A stretch of 64,000 nt of DNA from Bacillota bacterium (GTDB taxonomy: Bacteria; Bacillota_I; Bacilli_A; RF39; UBA660), in assembly GCA_015059335.1 (NCBI GenBank), contig SVAP01000001.1, positions 66,244 to 130,243 on the forward strand. Direction: 5' to 3'. Shown here in pieces: positions 38,343 to 48,721 of the stretch. Numbering within the stretch: the stretch's first letter is position 1; each line of letters starts with the position of its first letter. The notes beneath the pieces were generated by a model, which saw only the letters and a list, made by a program, of their open reading frames with translations, had not been told where the DNA came from and made no database searches. Position numbers and translations under genes: made by a program.

Positions 38343-38994
38343 TATGAAAAATATAAAAATTAAAAAGTTAGAAAAATATGTGGATGAAGAACATGAGGAA
38401 ATTGTATTTTCAGTGTACAAAAATAAATCAGTGAATTATTATAGTTTTGCCTTTGAGTATGAATTAGAAGAAGGAGAAGGACAATATCCTCTAGAAGATT
38501 TACTAGATAAATTTAGTGTTTCCTGTCATGGAGATTATTATGGACAAGAATTTGAAGAGGATGGTGTAAAAAAAGCTATAGTAGAAGTAATTACATCATC
38601 TGACAGCATTAGAGAATTAATAGATATTTTAAGTTTATCAACGATTATCGATAAACAAGTAAATAATTTTACATTTAAAAATTATGAATATTTAGGTATA
38701 AACTATGGGGATGCAAAGATAATTATTAATGATAAAGAAATTATTGTCCCTATTTATGCAACTAGAAATGTTAGAAATGAAACAGAAACTTTCTGTATGA
38801 AATATCCAGAAGGACAACTTAGCAGTACGTTTAAAAAGGGTTGTGATATATCTGAATATATTAATGGTGATGTAGAATTAGAATATGTAATGTTAGATGA
38901 TTCAAAAGCATTTGTAATATACAAAAAAGATAATCAAGATTATCAATTAGTATATGATATAAAAGGATTTGTTAAAGATGAATTAATTCCGTAA
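38343..38994 (+). CDS. hypothetical acidic protein
   Basis: SD ggaggaaag; internal ATG preferred over overlapping 38299 start. Confidence 0.5.
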
Positions 38995-39009
38995 TTTAGA
39001 GGTGAAAAG

Positions 39010-39432
39010 ATGAAATTAATAGAAGAGAAGATTTTAAAAACTAGTCAACAACATGAGATTAAAAAAATGAAATATATATCAGAAAAATTTGTTGATATCA
39101 ATTATGTGTATGGCATATTATTAGGTTTAAAAAATAATAATGAATTTGTTTTTTATAGCGCATCAGCAAAAGATAGTTATCCATTAAGAGATGGAGGATG
39201 TATTGCTGAATGTAGTTCAATAAAAGAAATAGATGAATTTATACATAAAGTTGATAAATCCGAAAAAGAACAAGGAGCAGATTGGGAAGATATATTTATA
39301 TATGGCAAAATAAACGAAATTAAAATAGGTGTTACGTTTAGATTAGAAGAAAAAAATATTTGGATTAGTTGCCCTATAAATTTTGATTTTGATTTTGAAA
39401 AGTTCCTACTTGATTTAGAAAATAATATATAA
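39010..39432 (+). CDS. hypothetical protein
   Basis: SD gaggtgaaaag. Confidence 0.5.
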   Translation: MKLIEEKILKTSQQHEIKKMKYISEKFVDINYVYGILLGLKNNNEFVFYSASAKDSYPLRDGGCIAECSSIKEIDEFIHKVDKSEKEQGADWEDIFIYGKINEIKIGVTFRLEEKNIWISCPINFDFDFEKFLLDLENNI

Positions 39433-39447
39433 GAGAGATTTTTACAA

Positions 39448-39987
39448 ATGGATGAATTAGTAGTAGAAGTAGGAATGAAATTAACTCAAGATTTAATTTA
39501 TTATCATGATTTATTAGAAAATCATGGATTAAAACTGGTTTTTAGTTGTATTACTCAAGATTTATATTATACAAAGGATAATTTAGAAGGTATGACTGAA
39601 AATCAGATAAAAAACCATTGTATAAGATTAAGGATATGTAATGCTCTTAATAAAGAGAATAATAATACCGATAAAATTTATGAAAAAGAAAAAGAATTGA
39701 TTACCGATGGATATAAAAAGGTGTTCGATACAAAAAAGATTGATTTTCAATATTGTAATGATACAATGAAAAGTAGAGTTCAATTGCAAATTATAAAAGA
39801 TATTGGATTATTAGTTTATTATGATAATCCTGATTATTATAATTATCCACTTGAAGAACAAAGAAACTTATTGTTAGAAGAATTAAACACATATGGTTTT
39901 AATTTTAAAAATACTGATTTAGGATTAGACAAGTTAAGAACTTTATATTATAAAAAAGAAATGTATAGTTATAATCAAAATGGATAA
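39448..39987 (+). CDS. hypothetical protein
   Basis: compact spacing in operon. Confidence 0.5.
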   Translation: MDELVVEVGMKLTQDLIYYHDLLENHGLKLVFSCITQDLYYTKDNLEGMTENQIKNHCIRLRICNALNKENNNTDKIYEKEKELITDGYKKVFDTKKIDFQYCNDTMKSRVQLQIIKDIGLLVYYDNPDYYNYPLEEQRNLLLEELNTYGFNFKNTDLGLDKLRTLYYKKEMYSYNQNG

Positions 39988-40061
39988 TATTTTATTTTTT
40001 GAATAATAATACATATTGTTTTTAAATTTGTTACAATATTTAATAAAAAGGCAGTGATGAA

Positions 40062-40628
40062 ATGAATAAAAAGTATGTAAAAGTAATGTTTGGAACAACT
40101 AGTGGTGCTAAAAGTGATTTTGAATATAAACTTAATGAAGTCAATATTAGTAATAATTGGAATCCGAAAGCAACTAGTGGAAAAGATTTTGGTGGTTTTA
40201 ATTATACAACCGAAGATTGTATATTAAGATGGCTTCACAGAGGTGACACTTTATATGATGTAGAAATACCAAAAGATGCAGAAAATATTAAACTTGATGG
40301 TGCAACAACTATCTATAGAACTAACAAAATAATAATTAAAAACCCAAGAAAAATAACTGATGAAATGGCATTAGAATTTTATAAGATTTCAAACATTCCT
40401 GAAAAGTCTTACTATAAAGCATTAGGTGTTGTTACAATTATGAATTATAAAAAAACAGCTTATGCTATTCTTAAAGACAAAGTTAATTTTGGTAACATTA
40501 AAGAAGTATTAGATGAATGGAATGATTTTATTAGTCATGGTGGAAAAAATGACAGAAAAGACATTAATGGATTTGTTAAAGAAATTAATGATCATTTATA
40601 CAAAATTAAGAATTCTATTTCTGAATAG
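40062..40628 (+). CDS. hypothetical protein
   Basis: SD aaaggcagtga. Confidence 0.5.
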   Translation: MNKKYVKVMFGTTSGAKSDFEYKLNEVNISNNWNPKATSGKDFGGFNYTTEDCILRWLHRGDTLYDVEIPKDAENIKLDGATTIYRTNKIIIKNPRKITDEMALEFYKISNIPEKSYYKALGVVTIMNYKKTAYAILKDKVNFGNIKEVLDEWNDFISHGGKNDRKDINGFVKEINDHLYKIKNSISE

Positions 40629-40663
40629 AAGAAATATTAAATTTTATAGGAGGAATTGTAAAT

Positions 40664-41380
40664 ATGGAAAATGAAGTTTATAATGAAATAATAGAAAAAT
40701 ATCATATTCAAAATTATATGGATTTATTATCAGTGTGTTTAGGTCAAGGAAAGGCACGACAAAAAAAGTTTATAGAATATTTAGGAGATAATGCAGATAA
40801 AGATTTTTCTGTAGATGTTCCAAATGCAAAATTGACTATTGGAAGTTTAACTTTTGATATAGAATTCATTGGTTCTTCATCACAAAGTGATGGAACATGG
40901 TTATGGGCAGATGCTAACAGAAGTTTTATGAAAGAACATACTCAAACAGTTAAACAATTATATAGTATTGGAAAAAAATATAATATAAAGGAATTTTTAG
41001 AAGCAAAATCACAATTATCAACTGAAATTACTGCACATAATATGTCAAAAATTGCTTGTATATTATTAAGTAATAATTTATGTTATTATGCAGGAACTGA
41101 CAGTGGAATAACATTGTCAATGTTTGTTAAAAATTTACCTAGTTCAATATATGAACCAATAGATACTATAAAATTCAATACTATTGTTTTAGAATGTATA
41201 AGTTCATATAATATCAATCATAAATTATTTGTTCAAAGTTTTTTAGAAATGAATAAATGTATCGTTAGTTTTGAGGATAATAAAACAATTGGTACTTGGG
41301 AAAATGGTAATAAATACATTGTAGAATTTGATGAGAACGGTAGAGTTAAAAATGCTAATATGAATATGATTAGTAATTAA
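40664..41380 (+). CDS. hypothetical protein
   Basis: SD ataggagga. Confidence 0.5.
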   Translation: MENEVYNEIIEKYHIQNYMDLLSVCLGQGKARQKKFIEYLGDNADKDFSVDVPNAKLTIGSLTFDIEFIGSSSQSDGTWLWADANRSFMKEHTQTVKQLYSIGKKYNIKEFLEAKSQLSTEITAHNMSKIACILLSNNLCYYAGTDSGITLSMFVKNLPSSIYEPIDTIKFNTIVLECISSYNINHKLFVQSFLEMNKCIVSFEDNKTIGTWENGNKYIVEFDENGRVKNANMNMISN

Positions 41381-41463
41381 TATTATAAAGAAAAAAATAC
41401 TGAATTATTTAACATTAAATTTAATACTTCAGAAGAAAATTCAAATATACAAAAATTTTCCAA

Positions 41464-41495
41464 AGAAAAGTGCAATAATGCACTTTTTCTTTTTG
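41464..41495 (+). terminator. rho-independent terminator
   Basis: AGTGCA-ATAA-TGCACT followed by TTTTTCTTTTT. Confidence 0.55.
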
Positions 41496-41667
41496 AAACT
41501 ACACTACTCTATTATATTCAAAATCACTTTTTGTAAAGTAAATGTTAAAAAGCTGTATATTATTTTAGATTTTAATTATTTTTGATATAATGTAACTGTA
41601 ATATCATTAATGTTAATTATCAAAGTGAAAAATAAAGTTAATTATATATTATGAAAGAAAGTGAAAT

Positions 41668-42213
41668 ATGTATTCAGTAGAAGAAAAAGCAATTAAGTTT
41701 GTTATTAAAGCATTTGAAAATAAAAAAAGAATTAAAGAAAATATTAATTTATCATTTCATAGTATTTCGGTTGGTTTTATGTTGAAAGATATTGGCTGTG
41801 GTGAGGATGTTGTTGTTAGTGGATTACTACATGACATTATAGAAGATACTAATTATAATTACGACTATATATTAAATATGTTTGGTAAAAATATTGCCGA
41901 TAATGTTCTTGCACTTTCTGAAAATCAAAATATTACAAACTTTAAAGAATGCAAATTAGAATTTATAAATAGATTGTATAATCAAAATAAAAATATTATT
42001 TTAATTGAAGTTGCAGATAAATTACACAATTTGCTTTCTGATTATAATTTATGGAAAGAAAAAGGTAAAGATGCCCTATCAACATTATCGACTACTTATG
42101 AAATGAACAAATGGTATTATTTAGAAATGAAAAAGTTATTTAATGATAAGTTAGATAAAAATAATAGTTTATTGGTAAGATATAATGAGATTTGTGATTT
42201 ATATTTTAAATAG
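41668..42213 (+). CDS. small alarmone hydrolase (RelA/SpoT-type HD domain, Mesh1/SAH-like)
   Basis: HSISVGFML...VVVSGLLHDIIEDT...FGKNIADNVLALSE matches the (p)ppGpp-hydrolase HD signature (H...AALLHDvvEDT...FG..va.lV); 181 aa with no synthetase domain. Confidence 0.7.
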   Translation: MYSVEEKAIKFVIKAFENKKRIKENINLSFHSISVGFMLKDIGCGEDVVVSGLLHDIIEDTNYNYDYILNMFGKNIADNVLALSENQNITNFKECKLEFINRLYNQNKNIILIEVADKLHNLLSDYNLWKEKGKDALSTLSTTYEMNKWYYLEMKKLFNDKLDKNNSLLVRYNEICDLYFK

Positions 42214-42272
42214 TAAAACATGTTTATATAATGATTTGTATGACAATATATTATATCAATAAGGAGAATTGT

Positions 42273-43355
42273 ATGATGAATAAAAATGATAAAATACGTG
42301 GTTCTTTAATAGGTGGTGCAGTTGGTGATGCACTTGGATATCCTGTAGAATTTGCTAATTTTTTAAAAGATAAAGAGGTAACTAGATTTCAAGATAAAGG
42401 AATAATATCTGATGATACACAAATGACATTGTTTACTGCTAACGCATTAATATGGAGAGAAACAAGAGTTAATTTAAGAGGCATTGCAATGCAACCTTCT
42501 GACGCTATTTTCCTAGCATATAAAGATTGGTATAGTACTCAAAGTAATTATGACAATGAAAACTCTATTTCATGGATAAAAATATTACCTGAATTGAATG
42601 TACAAAGAGCACCAGGTAATACCTGTTTAAGTGCTTTATCATCAAATAAAAAGGGAACAATAGATGAACCTATAAATAACAGTAAAGGTTGTGGAGGTGT
42701 CATGAGAGTTGCACCAATTGGGATGTATATAAAAAATCCAGAAAAAGCAGGAATAATTAGTGCAGAAGCAAGTGCTATAACACATGGACATGCTCTTGGA
42801 GTAATTCCTGCCTATGTATTTGCTGTATTAATAAATTATTTAATAAATAATGATATTAGTATTGAGGATGCTCTTAATAAATCAATGGATTTGTATAATC
42901 AAAAATTCAATAAATATGAATTAAGTGATAAAATCGAATTTATTAATATTATTCAAAAAGTAATTGAATTAAGCAAGAAAAAAATATCAGATGTAGAGGC
43001 AATTAAATTAATTGGTGAAGGATGGGTTGCTGAAGAAGCATTTGCAATAGCAATTTATTCATGTTTAAAATATCCTAATAGTTTTGAAGATGCTATTGTG
43101 TGTGCAATTAATCATGGCGGAGATAGTGATTCAACAGGAGCAATTGCAGGTAATATTATGGGGGCGCATTTGGGATATTCTAAAATACCAAATTACTATG
43201 TTGAAGACTTAGAACTAAAAGATGTTATATTAGAATTAGCAGATGATATGTCAATAGATGTGCCTGTATCAGAATATAAGGAAGATAATGATAAATATTG
43301 GTTAAGTAAATACCTTTATTGCAGTAGAGATATAAATTTAAAAAATAAAGGGTGA
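42273..43355 (+). CDS. ADP-ribosylglycohydrolase (ARH/DraG family)
   Basis: N-terminal GAVGDALGYPVEF and GIISDDTQMT; C-terminal HGGDSDSTGAIAG; all are canonical ARH motifs; SD aaggaga. Confidence 0.7.
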   Translation: MMNKNDKIRGSLIGGAVGDALGYPVEFANFLKDKEVTRFQDKGIISDDTQMTLFTANALIWRETRVNLRGIAMQPSDAIFLAYKDWYSTQSNYDNENSISWIKILPELNVQRAPGNTCLSALSSNKKGTIDEPINNSKGCGGVMRVAPIGMYIKNPEKAGIISAEASAITHGHALGVIPAYVFAVLINYLINNDISIEDALNKSMDLYNQKFNKYELSDKIEFINIIQKVIELSKKKISDVEAIKLIGEGWVAEEAFAIAIYSCLKYPNSFEDAIVCAINHGGDSDSTGAIAGNIMGAHLGYSKIPNYYVEDLELKDVILELADDMSIDVPVSEYKEDNDKYWLSKYLYCSRDINLKNKG

Positions 43356-43359
43356 TAAG

Positions 43360-44568
43360 ATGGAAATAATTAAAGAAAAATCAAAGAATTGTTGTATATT
43401 TAATAAACCAGAGTTAGAATTTAAAGAAAATAAAGATTTTAGTGTAGTAAAGGAATATGGTGAAATACCAGCACCAAATAACTGTACAAGAAATTTATTG
43501 AAATGTAATAAATGTGGAGCACTTTTTCTATCACAGTCTTTGGAATGGAACATAGATGGAAATGATAATTATTATACCGACTATATTCAAGTAAAAGATA
43601 TTATAGAAGCAGATAAGTTAAACAATCAATTGGATGCTTTAAAATTTAGAAACAAGAATAATCCCATGATTATGATTGATAGTGATAATACAGTTCGATA
43701 TATATTCCCAGAATCTAATACTAATGATGAACAAGAATATGCAAAGGAATTAGTTGAAAATGCTGAAAAAATAATTAAATCTATAGAACAACAAGAATCT
43801 GAACAAGTCAATGACCAATCTAAAAAAATCATTGATACAACTGTTAAAGTTGAAATTGATAAGAACGAATACGATATATTAAAAAAACTTGAACAAGAGT
43901 ATATGGATTTTGAATTTGTTGATTTTGCTATAAAACTTTATAGTGGTAGTGTTATACCAATAAATCATCCAAATTATAATGATGATAGAATTGATATAGA
44001 GATTTTTGGATTAGATAAATATTCTATTAATATTAATGGACAAAAATATAATATTAATAGTCAACAATTATTTAATAAAATCAAATCATTTGTTACAAAT
44101 AATCTAGATACATTAATTAAATGTTCAAAAGCACAAAATAATTTATATTTAAATTCTAATTCCTATGAAGGTGGAAATTCTAGTTATATTAAAATAAAAT
44201 ACGGACAGTTAATCATATATATTAATGGACAAGTAAGCGGTAATATTGGGAATTTTTGTGAACAATTTATTGATATTGTTAAAAAACTAATTATTGATGA
44301 GGGTGAAAAAACAAATTTTAATTATTTTGATGAAATGATTGGAAAAATTAAAGATGAAAAGAAAACCGACCTTGAAGATGAATTCACAAAATATTGTAAA
44401 CTTTATGAAGAAAAATTTGGCAAAAAAGCATATATTGCTGAACCTGGTGGAACAAAAGAACAAACAATAAATGCAATTAAAATTTGTTTAGAAAAAGATG
44501 AAGATTTATTAGATAAAATACTGTATCCTACTGGTGATGATGACATAAATAATAGAGTAATGTATTAA
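43360..44568 (+). CDS. hypothetical protein with N-terminal zinc-ribbon-like CxxC...CxxC
   Basis: NNCTRNLLKCNKCGALF; SD aagggtga. Confidence 0.5.
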   Translation: MEIIKEKSKNCCIFNKPELEFKENKDFSVVKEYGEIPAPNNCTRNLLKCNKCGALFLSQSLEWNIDGNDNYYTDYIQVKDIIEADKLNNQLDALKFRNKNNPMIMIDSDNTVRYIFPESNTNDEQEYAKELVENAEKIIKSIEQQESEQVNDQSKKIIDTTVKVEIDKNEYDILKKLEQEYMDFEFVDFAIKLYSGSVIPINHPNYNDDRIDIEIFGLDKYSININGQKYNINSQQLFNKIKSFVTNNLDTLIKCSKAQNNLYLNSNSYEGGNSSYIKIKYGQLIIYINGQVSGNIGNFCEQFIDIVKKLIIDEGEKTNFNYFDEMIGKIKDEKKTDLEDEFTKYCKLYEEKFGKKAYIAEPGGTKEQTINAIKICLEKDEDLLDKILYPTGDDDINNRVMY

Positions 44569-44598
44569 AAATATATACAAAAAAGGAGAAATTTAATA

Positions 44599-45042
44599 AT
44601 GGATGTTTTTATTAAACCGTTAGAAGGAATTATTATTAATAACAAAAATATAAATTTGGGAATGAATAAAGAAGATATTATTTCAATTTTAGGAGACCCA
44701 GAGATAATTTATAATAGGAAATATTGTACTAGAAGTTATTATTATAATAGTGAACTTGCTATAGATTATGATCTAAATAATAATGTAGAGTTTATTGAAT
44801 TTTTAGGTGGAATAGAAGGTAATCTAAATCCTATAATTTACGATTTTTCAATATTTAAAGAAGATGATGAAAAAATAATTAATTTATTAAAAGAAAAAAA
44901 TAAAGGGATTGTTGATGATTCAAATAAACCTTATTCCTATGTTTTTCATAAAATTAGCGTTGGTGTTTCAAAAGAACTTAATAGTGAACAAAAAAATCAA
45001 ATTTCTACAATAGGTATTGGAGTAAAGGAATATTATTCATGA
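44599..45042 (+). CDS. hypothetical protein
   Basis: SD aaaaggagaa. Confidence 0.5.
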   Translation: MDVFIKPLEGIIINNKNINLGMNKEDIISILGDPEIIYNRKYCTRSYYYNSELAIDYDLNNNVEFIEFLGGIEGNLNPIIYDFSIFKEDDEKIINLLKEKNKGIVDDSNKPYSYVFHKISVGVSKELNSEQKNQISTIGIGVKEYYS

Positions 45043-45737
45043 CAAGAGAACAATATAAGCAAAGCGTTAAAGATATTATGATTCACAAAAACCCCTATGG
45101 TGTATATCATCAACAGAATTTTAATACATACCAAGCATATGATGAAATGACTCCTATAAATTCAGATATTATAAATAACATGCCTAATGCATCAATTGTT
45201 TTAAGTGAACAAGTTTATGAAATGTTATTAGCCGTTCAAGAAGCAACAATATCAACAAATCAAGAATTTCCTTTTTTTCTATATGGTAAAGAAACGGGAA
45301 ATAATCAAATAGAATTTACTGAGTTTATGTCAGCAAGTAATAATAGACAAAATGCTGCTGCTAGTTTTAATCAAACAATGTTAAATAATTTGCAAAGTAG
45401 AATTAATGGCAATTTAAATAATGGACTAGTAGTTTGTCATGGACATTCACATCCACCAATAGGAAATTTTCATCAGAATTTTTCACTAGGTGATTTCACA
45501 TCATATATGGAAATGAATCAAGAAAACTCTGTATTCAAAAATAAACAAGTAGAACTTACAAGTTGTTTAGTAACTAGTACAGGTGATATAAATTTTGTTT
45601 TCTATGATAATGCAAATCAAAATTTTTATAGATTTACAAATGTATTTGTTAAAGATGCTAACAATAACTATACACCTGTTAATTGTTATGGTATGAATCA
45701 ATCAGAACAACTAAGCAATGGTGGAATAACAAGATAA
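45039..45737 (+). CDS. putative JAB/MPN-like metalloprotein
   Basis: VVCHGHSHPPIGNFHQNFSLGDF resembles the JAMM motif HSHP...S-x-x-D, but with longer spacing; an upstream Glu is present. Confidence 0.35.
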   Translation: MTREQYKQSVKDIMIHKNPYGVYHQQNFNTYQAYDEMTPINSDIINNMPNASIVLSEQVYEMLLAVQEATISTNQEFPFFLYGKETGNNQIEFTEFMSASNNRQNAAASFNQTMLNNLQSRINGNLNNGLVVCHGHSHPPIGNFHQNFSLGDFTSYMEMNQENSVFKNKQVELTSCLVTSTGDINFVFYDNANQNFYRFTNVFVKDANNNYTPVNCYGMNQSEQLSNGGITR

Positions 45738-45855
45738 ATAATCAATGTTTTATGTATTGATTATTTTTTTTATATTTGTTGTGTAAACTTTTTTGGTTTT
45801 CATTAACAAAAATGCATTTTGTGATATAATTGTTTTATAAGATAGGAGAAATAAA

Positions 45856-46258
45856 TATGTTGGTAAAAAAATTTAAGGAAGATTATATTGATAAAAGTAT
45901 GGTGGAATTAGTAAAAGAAAGAAACAAGATACTTGAAAATATAAAAAATTATGAAGATAAATTTATATTTAATAATCCTAATTATAGTGAGGTTATGTAT
46001 TCAAAACCTAGTCCAAAAACAATGTATGAAATAAATAATGAAGATTTAATAATGTTAACTGAATTAATTATGGAAAAAAATAAAATAGGAAATACAGACA
46101 AATGTCAAAACCTAATTGATGAATATGTAAAAAAATTTGGAGGATTCCCACATTATTTGTTTATGGGGGCAGATGAAGAAATTATAATTCAAACAATAAA
46201 AAATGCATTAAATAGTGGAAAAGAAATATCAACAAGTGAGTCAAATATTGATTATTAA
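45856..46258 (+). CDS. hypothetical protein
   Basis: extended -10 TGnTATAAT at about 45815 and SD taggagaaa. Confidence 0.5.
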
Positions 46259-46293
46259 TGATTATATTAAACTAATAAAGGATGTGAGTAAAA

Positions 46294-47232
46294 ATGTATA
46301 ATGAGTCAATTAAAGCAGAAAATAAAATAATAACTAATAATGATTTAACGCAAATATTTCAAGCAATGGGAGAAACATTAAAAAAGTATCAAAAAATAGC
46401 TATGCAAGAAGAACAAATAAATCAAAATGTAGATTATATGCAACGAGCTTATTCCTTTAAAGATGAAGGAAGTAAAATGAAAGTTACAGTTGATTTTTAT
46501 GATAATACGGATATAACTTTTGATAACTATGATAATTTTGCAAGTATTTTTTATAGTAGGTTAGATGAAATAAAAAGTTTAGATGTATATTATTCATTAA
46601 CATACAATGTAATTACACCAGCACCAGCTAGAAGTAATGAATATTATCATCAATCAATTCAAATGCATATTAACGAAAATAAATTAGATATATCAGTAAA
46701 ATTAAGTAGTCAAGATCATAAACTAGATGATTTATATAATTTAATTAAAAACATAGTATTAAATGCTCCTGAAAAATATGACATGATAATAAAGAAAAAA
46801 AGTTCAATAACAAATACAGTTGCTTTTGCAACTGGTATGATACCTGCAATAGTTATATCAACAATATTATTATTTGTTCCTGGAATAAACACAATATTTT
46901 TAAAAGGATATGTAGTATATCCAATATGCTGTGTGGTTCTAGCATATCTTATAGGAAGTGTTTTTGCATCATCAAAATTAGATAAATATTATAGTCCTAT
47001 TATGCCAGAAAAAAAATATGCTGGATATAGTGATGGACATGCAGTATATAAAGATGATGTGGATAAATTTGTTGACACAAGTGAAATATTAATTGGTAAG
47101 AAAGTTAATAATTTATCTCATAGAAATCAAATACAACAAGAATATAACAAACATAAAGAATTAATACCTAAAGAATTATTAGTATTAATAGTTATATCTT
47201 TAATAGTAATAATTCTAGGATTATTTGTTTAA
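46294..47232 (+). CDS. hypothetical membrane protein
   Basis: C-terminal 3 TM helices. Confidence 0.5.
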   Translation: MYNESIKAENKIITNNDLTQIFQAMGETLKKYQKIAMQEEQINQNVDYMQRAYSFKDEGSKMKVTVDFYDNTDITFDNYDNFASIFYSRLDEIKSLDVYYSLTYNVITPAPARSNEYYHQSIQMHINENKLDISVKLSSQDHKLDDLYNLIKNIVLNAPEKYDMIIKKKSSITNTVAFATGMIPAIVISTILLFVPGINTIFLKGYVVYPICCVVLAYLIGSVFASSKLDKYYSPIMPEKKYAGYSDGHAVYKDDVDKFVDTSEILIGKKVNNLSHRNQIQQEYNKHKELIPKELLVLIVISLIVIILGLFV

Positions 47233-47263
47233 TTATAACAAAATATTAAGTTGGTGATTATGT

Positions 47264-47761
47264 ATGAACTTATTTAACAGAAAATTAAATAGAAATTTAT
47301 TGGTAGATAAATTAATCAAGTATCGTAAAGAAAATGAATACAATGATAATAATTATTTTTTAGATTATATAAATATCATAACAGAAGAATTTTCAAAACA
47401 TAAATTTGTTAGTGATTCGGATTTTCTTCTAAAAGGCAGAAGAAAATTTTTAGTTAATGAATTTTATGATATATTAAAAGATGAAGATAATTATAACAAA
47501 AAACATTTCATTGATAATCCACTTTATTTTGCATTAGGTCATATAGAAGAAATATTATTTGGCATTAATACTGTTTATCCTGATGATGTTGATGAAGAAA
47601 AACGTGAAATAACAGAAAATGGAAGTTATAAAATTGCTGGTATATATATAAAAGAAATAAGAGATATAGATGAAAGATATAACAGAAAGAAAATTATATG
47701 TTTAGAAGAAAAACAATTAATAGAAAAAATGATTGAGGATTTTAAAAGTAAATTAAATTAA
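47264..47761 (+). CDS. hypothetical protein
   Basis: SD ggtgatt. Confidence 0.5.
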   Translation: MNLFNRKLNRNLLVDKLIKYRKENEYNDNNYFLDYINIITEEFSKHKFVSDSDFLLKGRRKFLVNEFYDILKDEDNYNKKHFIDNPLYFALGHIEEILFGINTVYPDDVDEEKREITENGSYKIAGIYIKEIRDIDERYNRKKIICLEEKQLIEKMIEDFKSKLN

Positions 47762-47778
47762 AAGAAATGAGGATTAAT

Positions 47779-48435
47779 ATGGAAATAATTGTACAAGGAA
47801 AAGGAAAAGAATTTTTTACTCCAAATGAAGTGACATTAAATTTTACATTTACAATAAAAGGACAAACATATGAGGAAGTTTTAAGAGAAGGTGTCAAAAA
47901 TGTACAATATTTTGTAGATGAATTACTATTACAAAATAATTTTGAAAAAGAGAATTTGAAGACAAGAAACTTTGTAATTAAAGAAGAAACAAGATATGAT
48001 AATTTAACACATCAAAATATTTTTGAAGGATTTTCTTTTAATCAATATGCAACACTAAAATTTGACTATGATAAAGAGAAATTAGCAACTATGATGGTTT
48101 CTATATCAAAATTAGATAATGCACCAATGTGTCAAGTGGACTTTGGTGTTAAAGATGAAAAAGACTGTAGAAAAAAGATATTAGCAAAAGCTTATAAAGA
48201 CGCTGAAGAACAAGCATTGGCAATTGCAGAAGCTGCTGGAAAATGTTTAAAACAATGTGCTAAAGTTGATTTCAAACCATTTACGAGTGATTATCATTCA
48301 AGAGCAAGATATGGTTCTGATATTATGTATGCAGAGAAAGCAGTTGCAGGTGTAGCGCAAACTATTGCTAATACGTTTACTCCAGAAGATATAGTATTGA
48401 CTGAAACGCTATATTGTTTATGGAACGCTGAATAA
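47779..48435 (+). CDS. SIMPL-domain (DUF541-like) protein
   Basis: KKILAKAYKDAEEQALAIAEAAGKCLKQCAKVDF resembles the SIMPL core pattern. Confidence 0.45.
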   Translation: MEIIVQGKGKEFFTPNEVTLNFTFTIKGQTYEEVLREGVKNVQYFVDELLLQNNFEKENLKTRNFVIKEETRYDNLTHQNIFEGFSFNQYATLKFDYDKEKLATMMVSISKLDNAPMCQVDFGVKDEKDCRKKILAKAYKDAEEQALAIAEAAGKCLKQCAKVDFKPFTSDYHSRARYGSDIMYAEKAVAGVAQTIANTFTPEDIVLTETLYCLWNAE

Positions 48436-48456
48436 TTGTTTGACGAGGTGTTTCAA

Positions 48457-48681
48457 ATGGAAATGATTAGTCCTGAAATTTTTAAAGAAAATAATACTAA
48501 TAAAACTTATGATGAATTATTAGAAATAAAGGAAAATATTAAAAATAAAATAGAAATACATGAAAAACTATTAAATGATATTTCATCATCTATTTTTTCA
48601 GAAGAAGATTTGAAACTAATGATAGATATGAATAAATCTTATTTAATTGAAATTGATAAATTAATAAACTCACTAAAATAA
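48457..48681 (+). CDS. hypothetical small protein
   Basis: SD gaggtg. Confidence 0.4.
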   Translation: MEMISPEIFKENNTNKTYDELLEIKENIKNKIEIHEKLLNDISSSIFSEEDLKLMIDMNKSYLIEIDKLINSLK

Positions 48682-48721
48682 TCTTAAGAGTTAAAGGTGT
48701 TTTGTTTAGGAGGTAATGACA

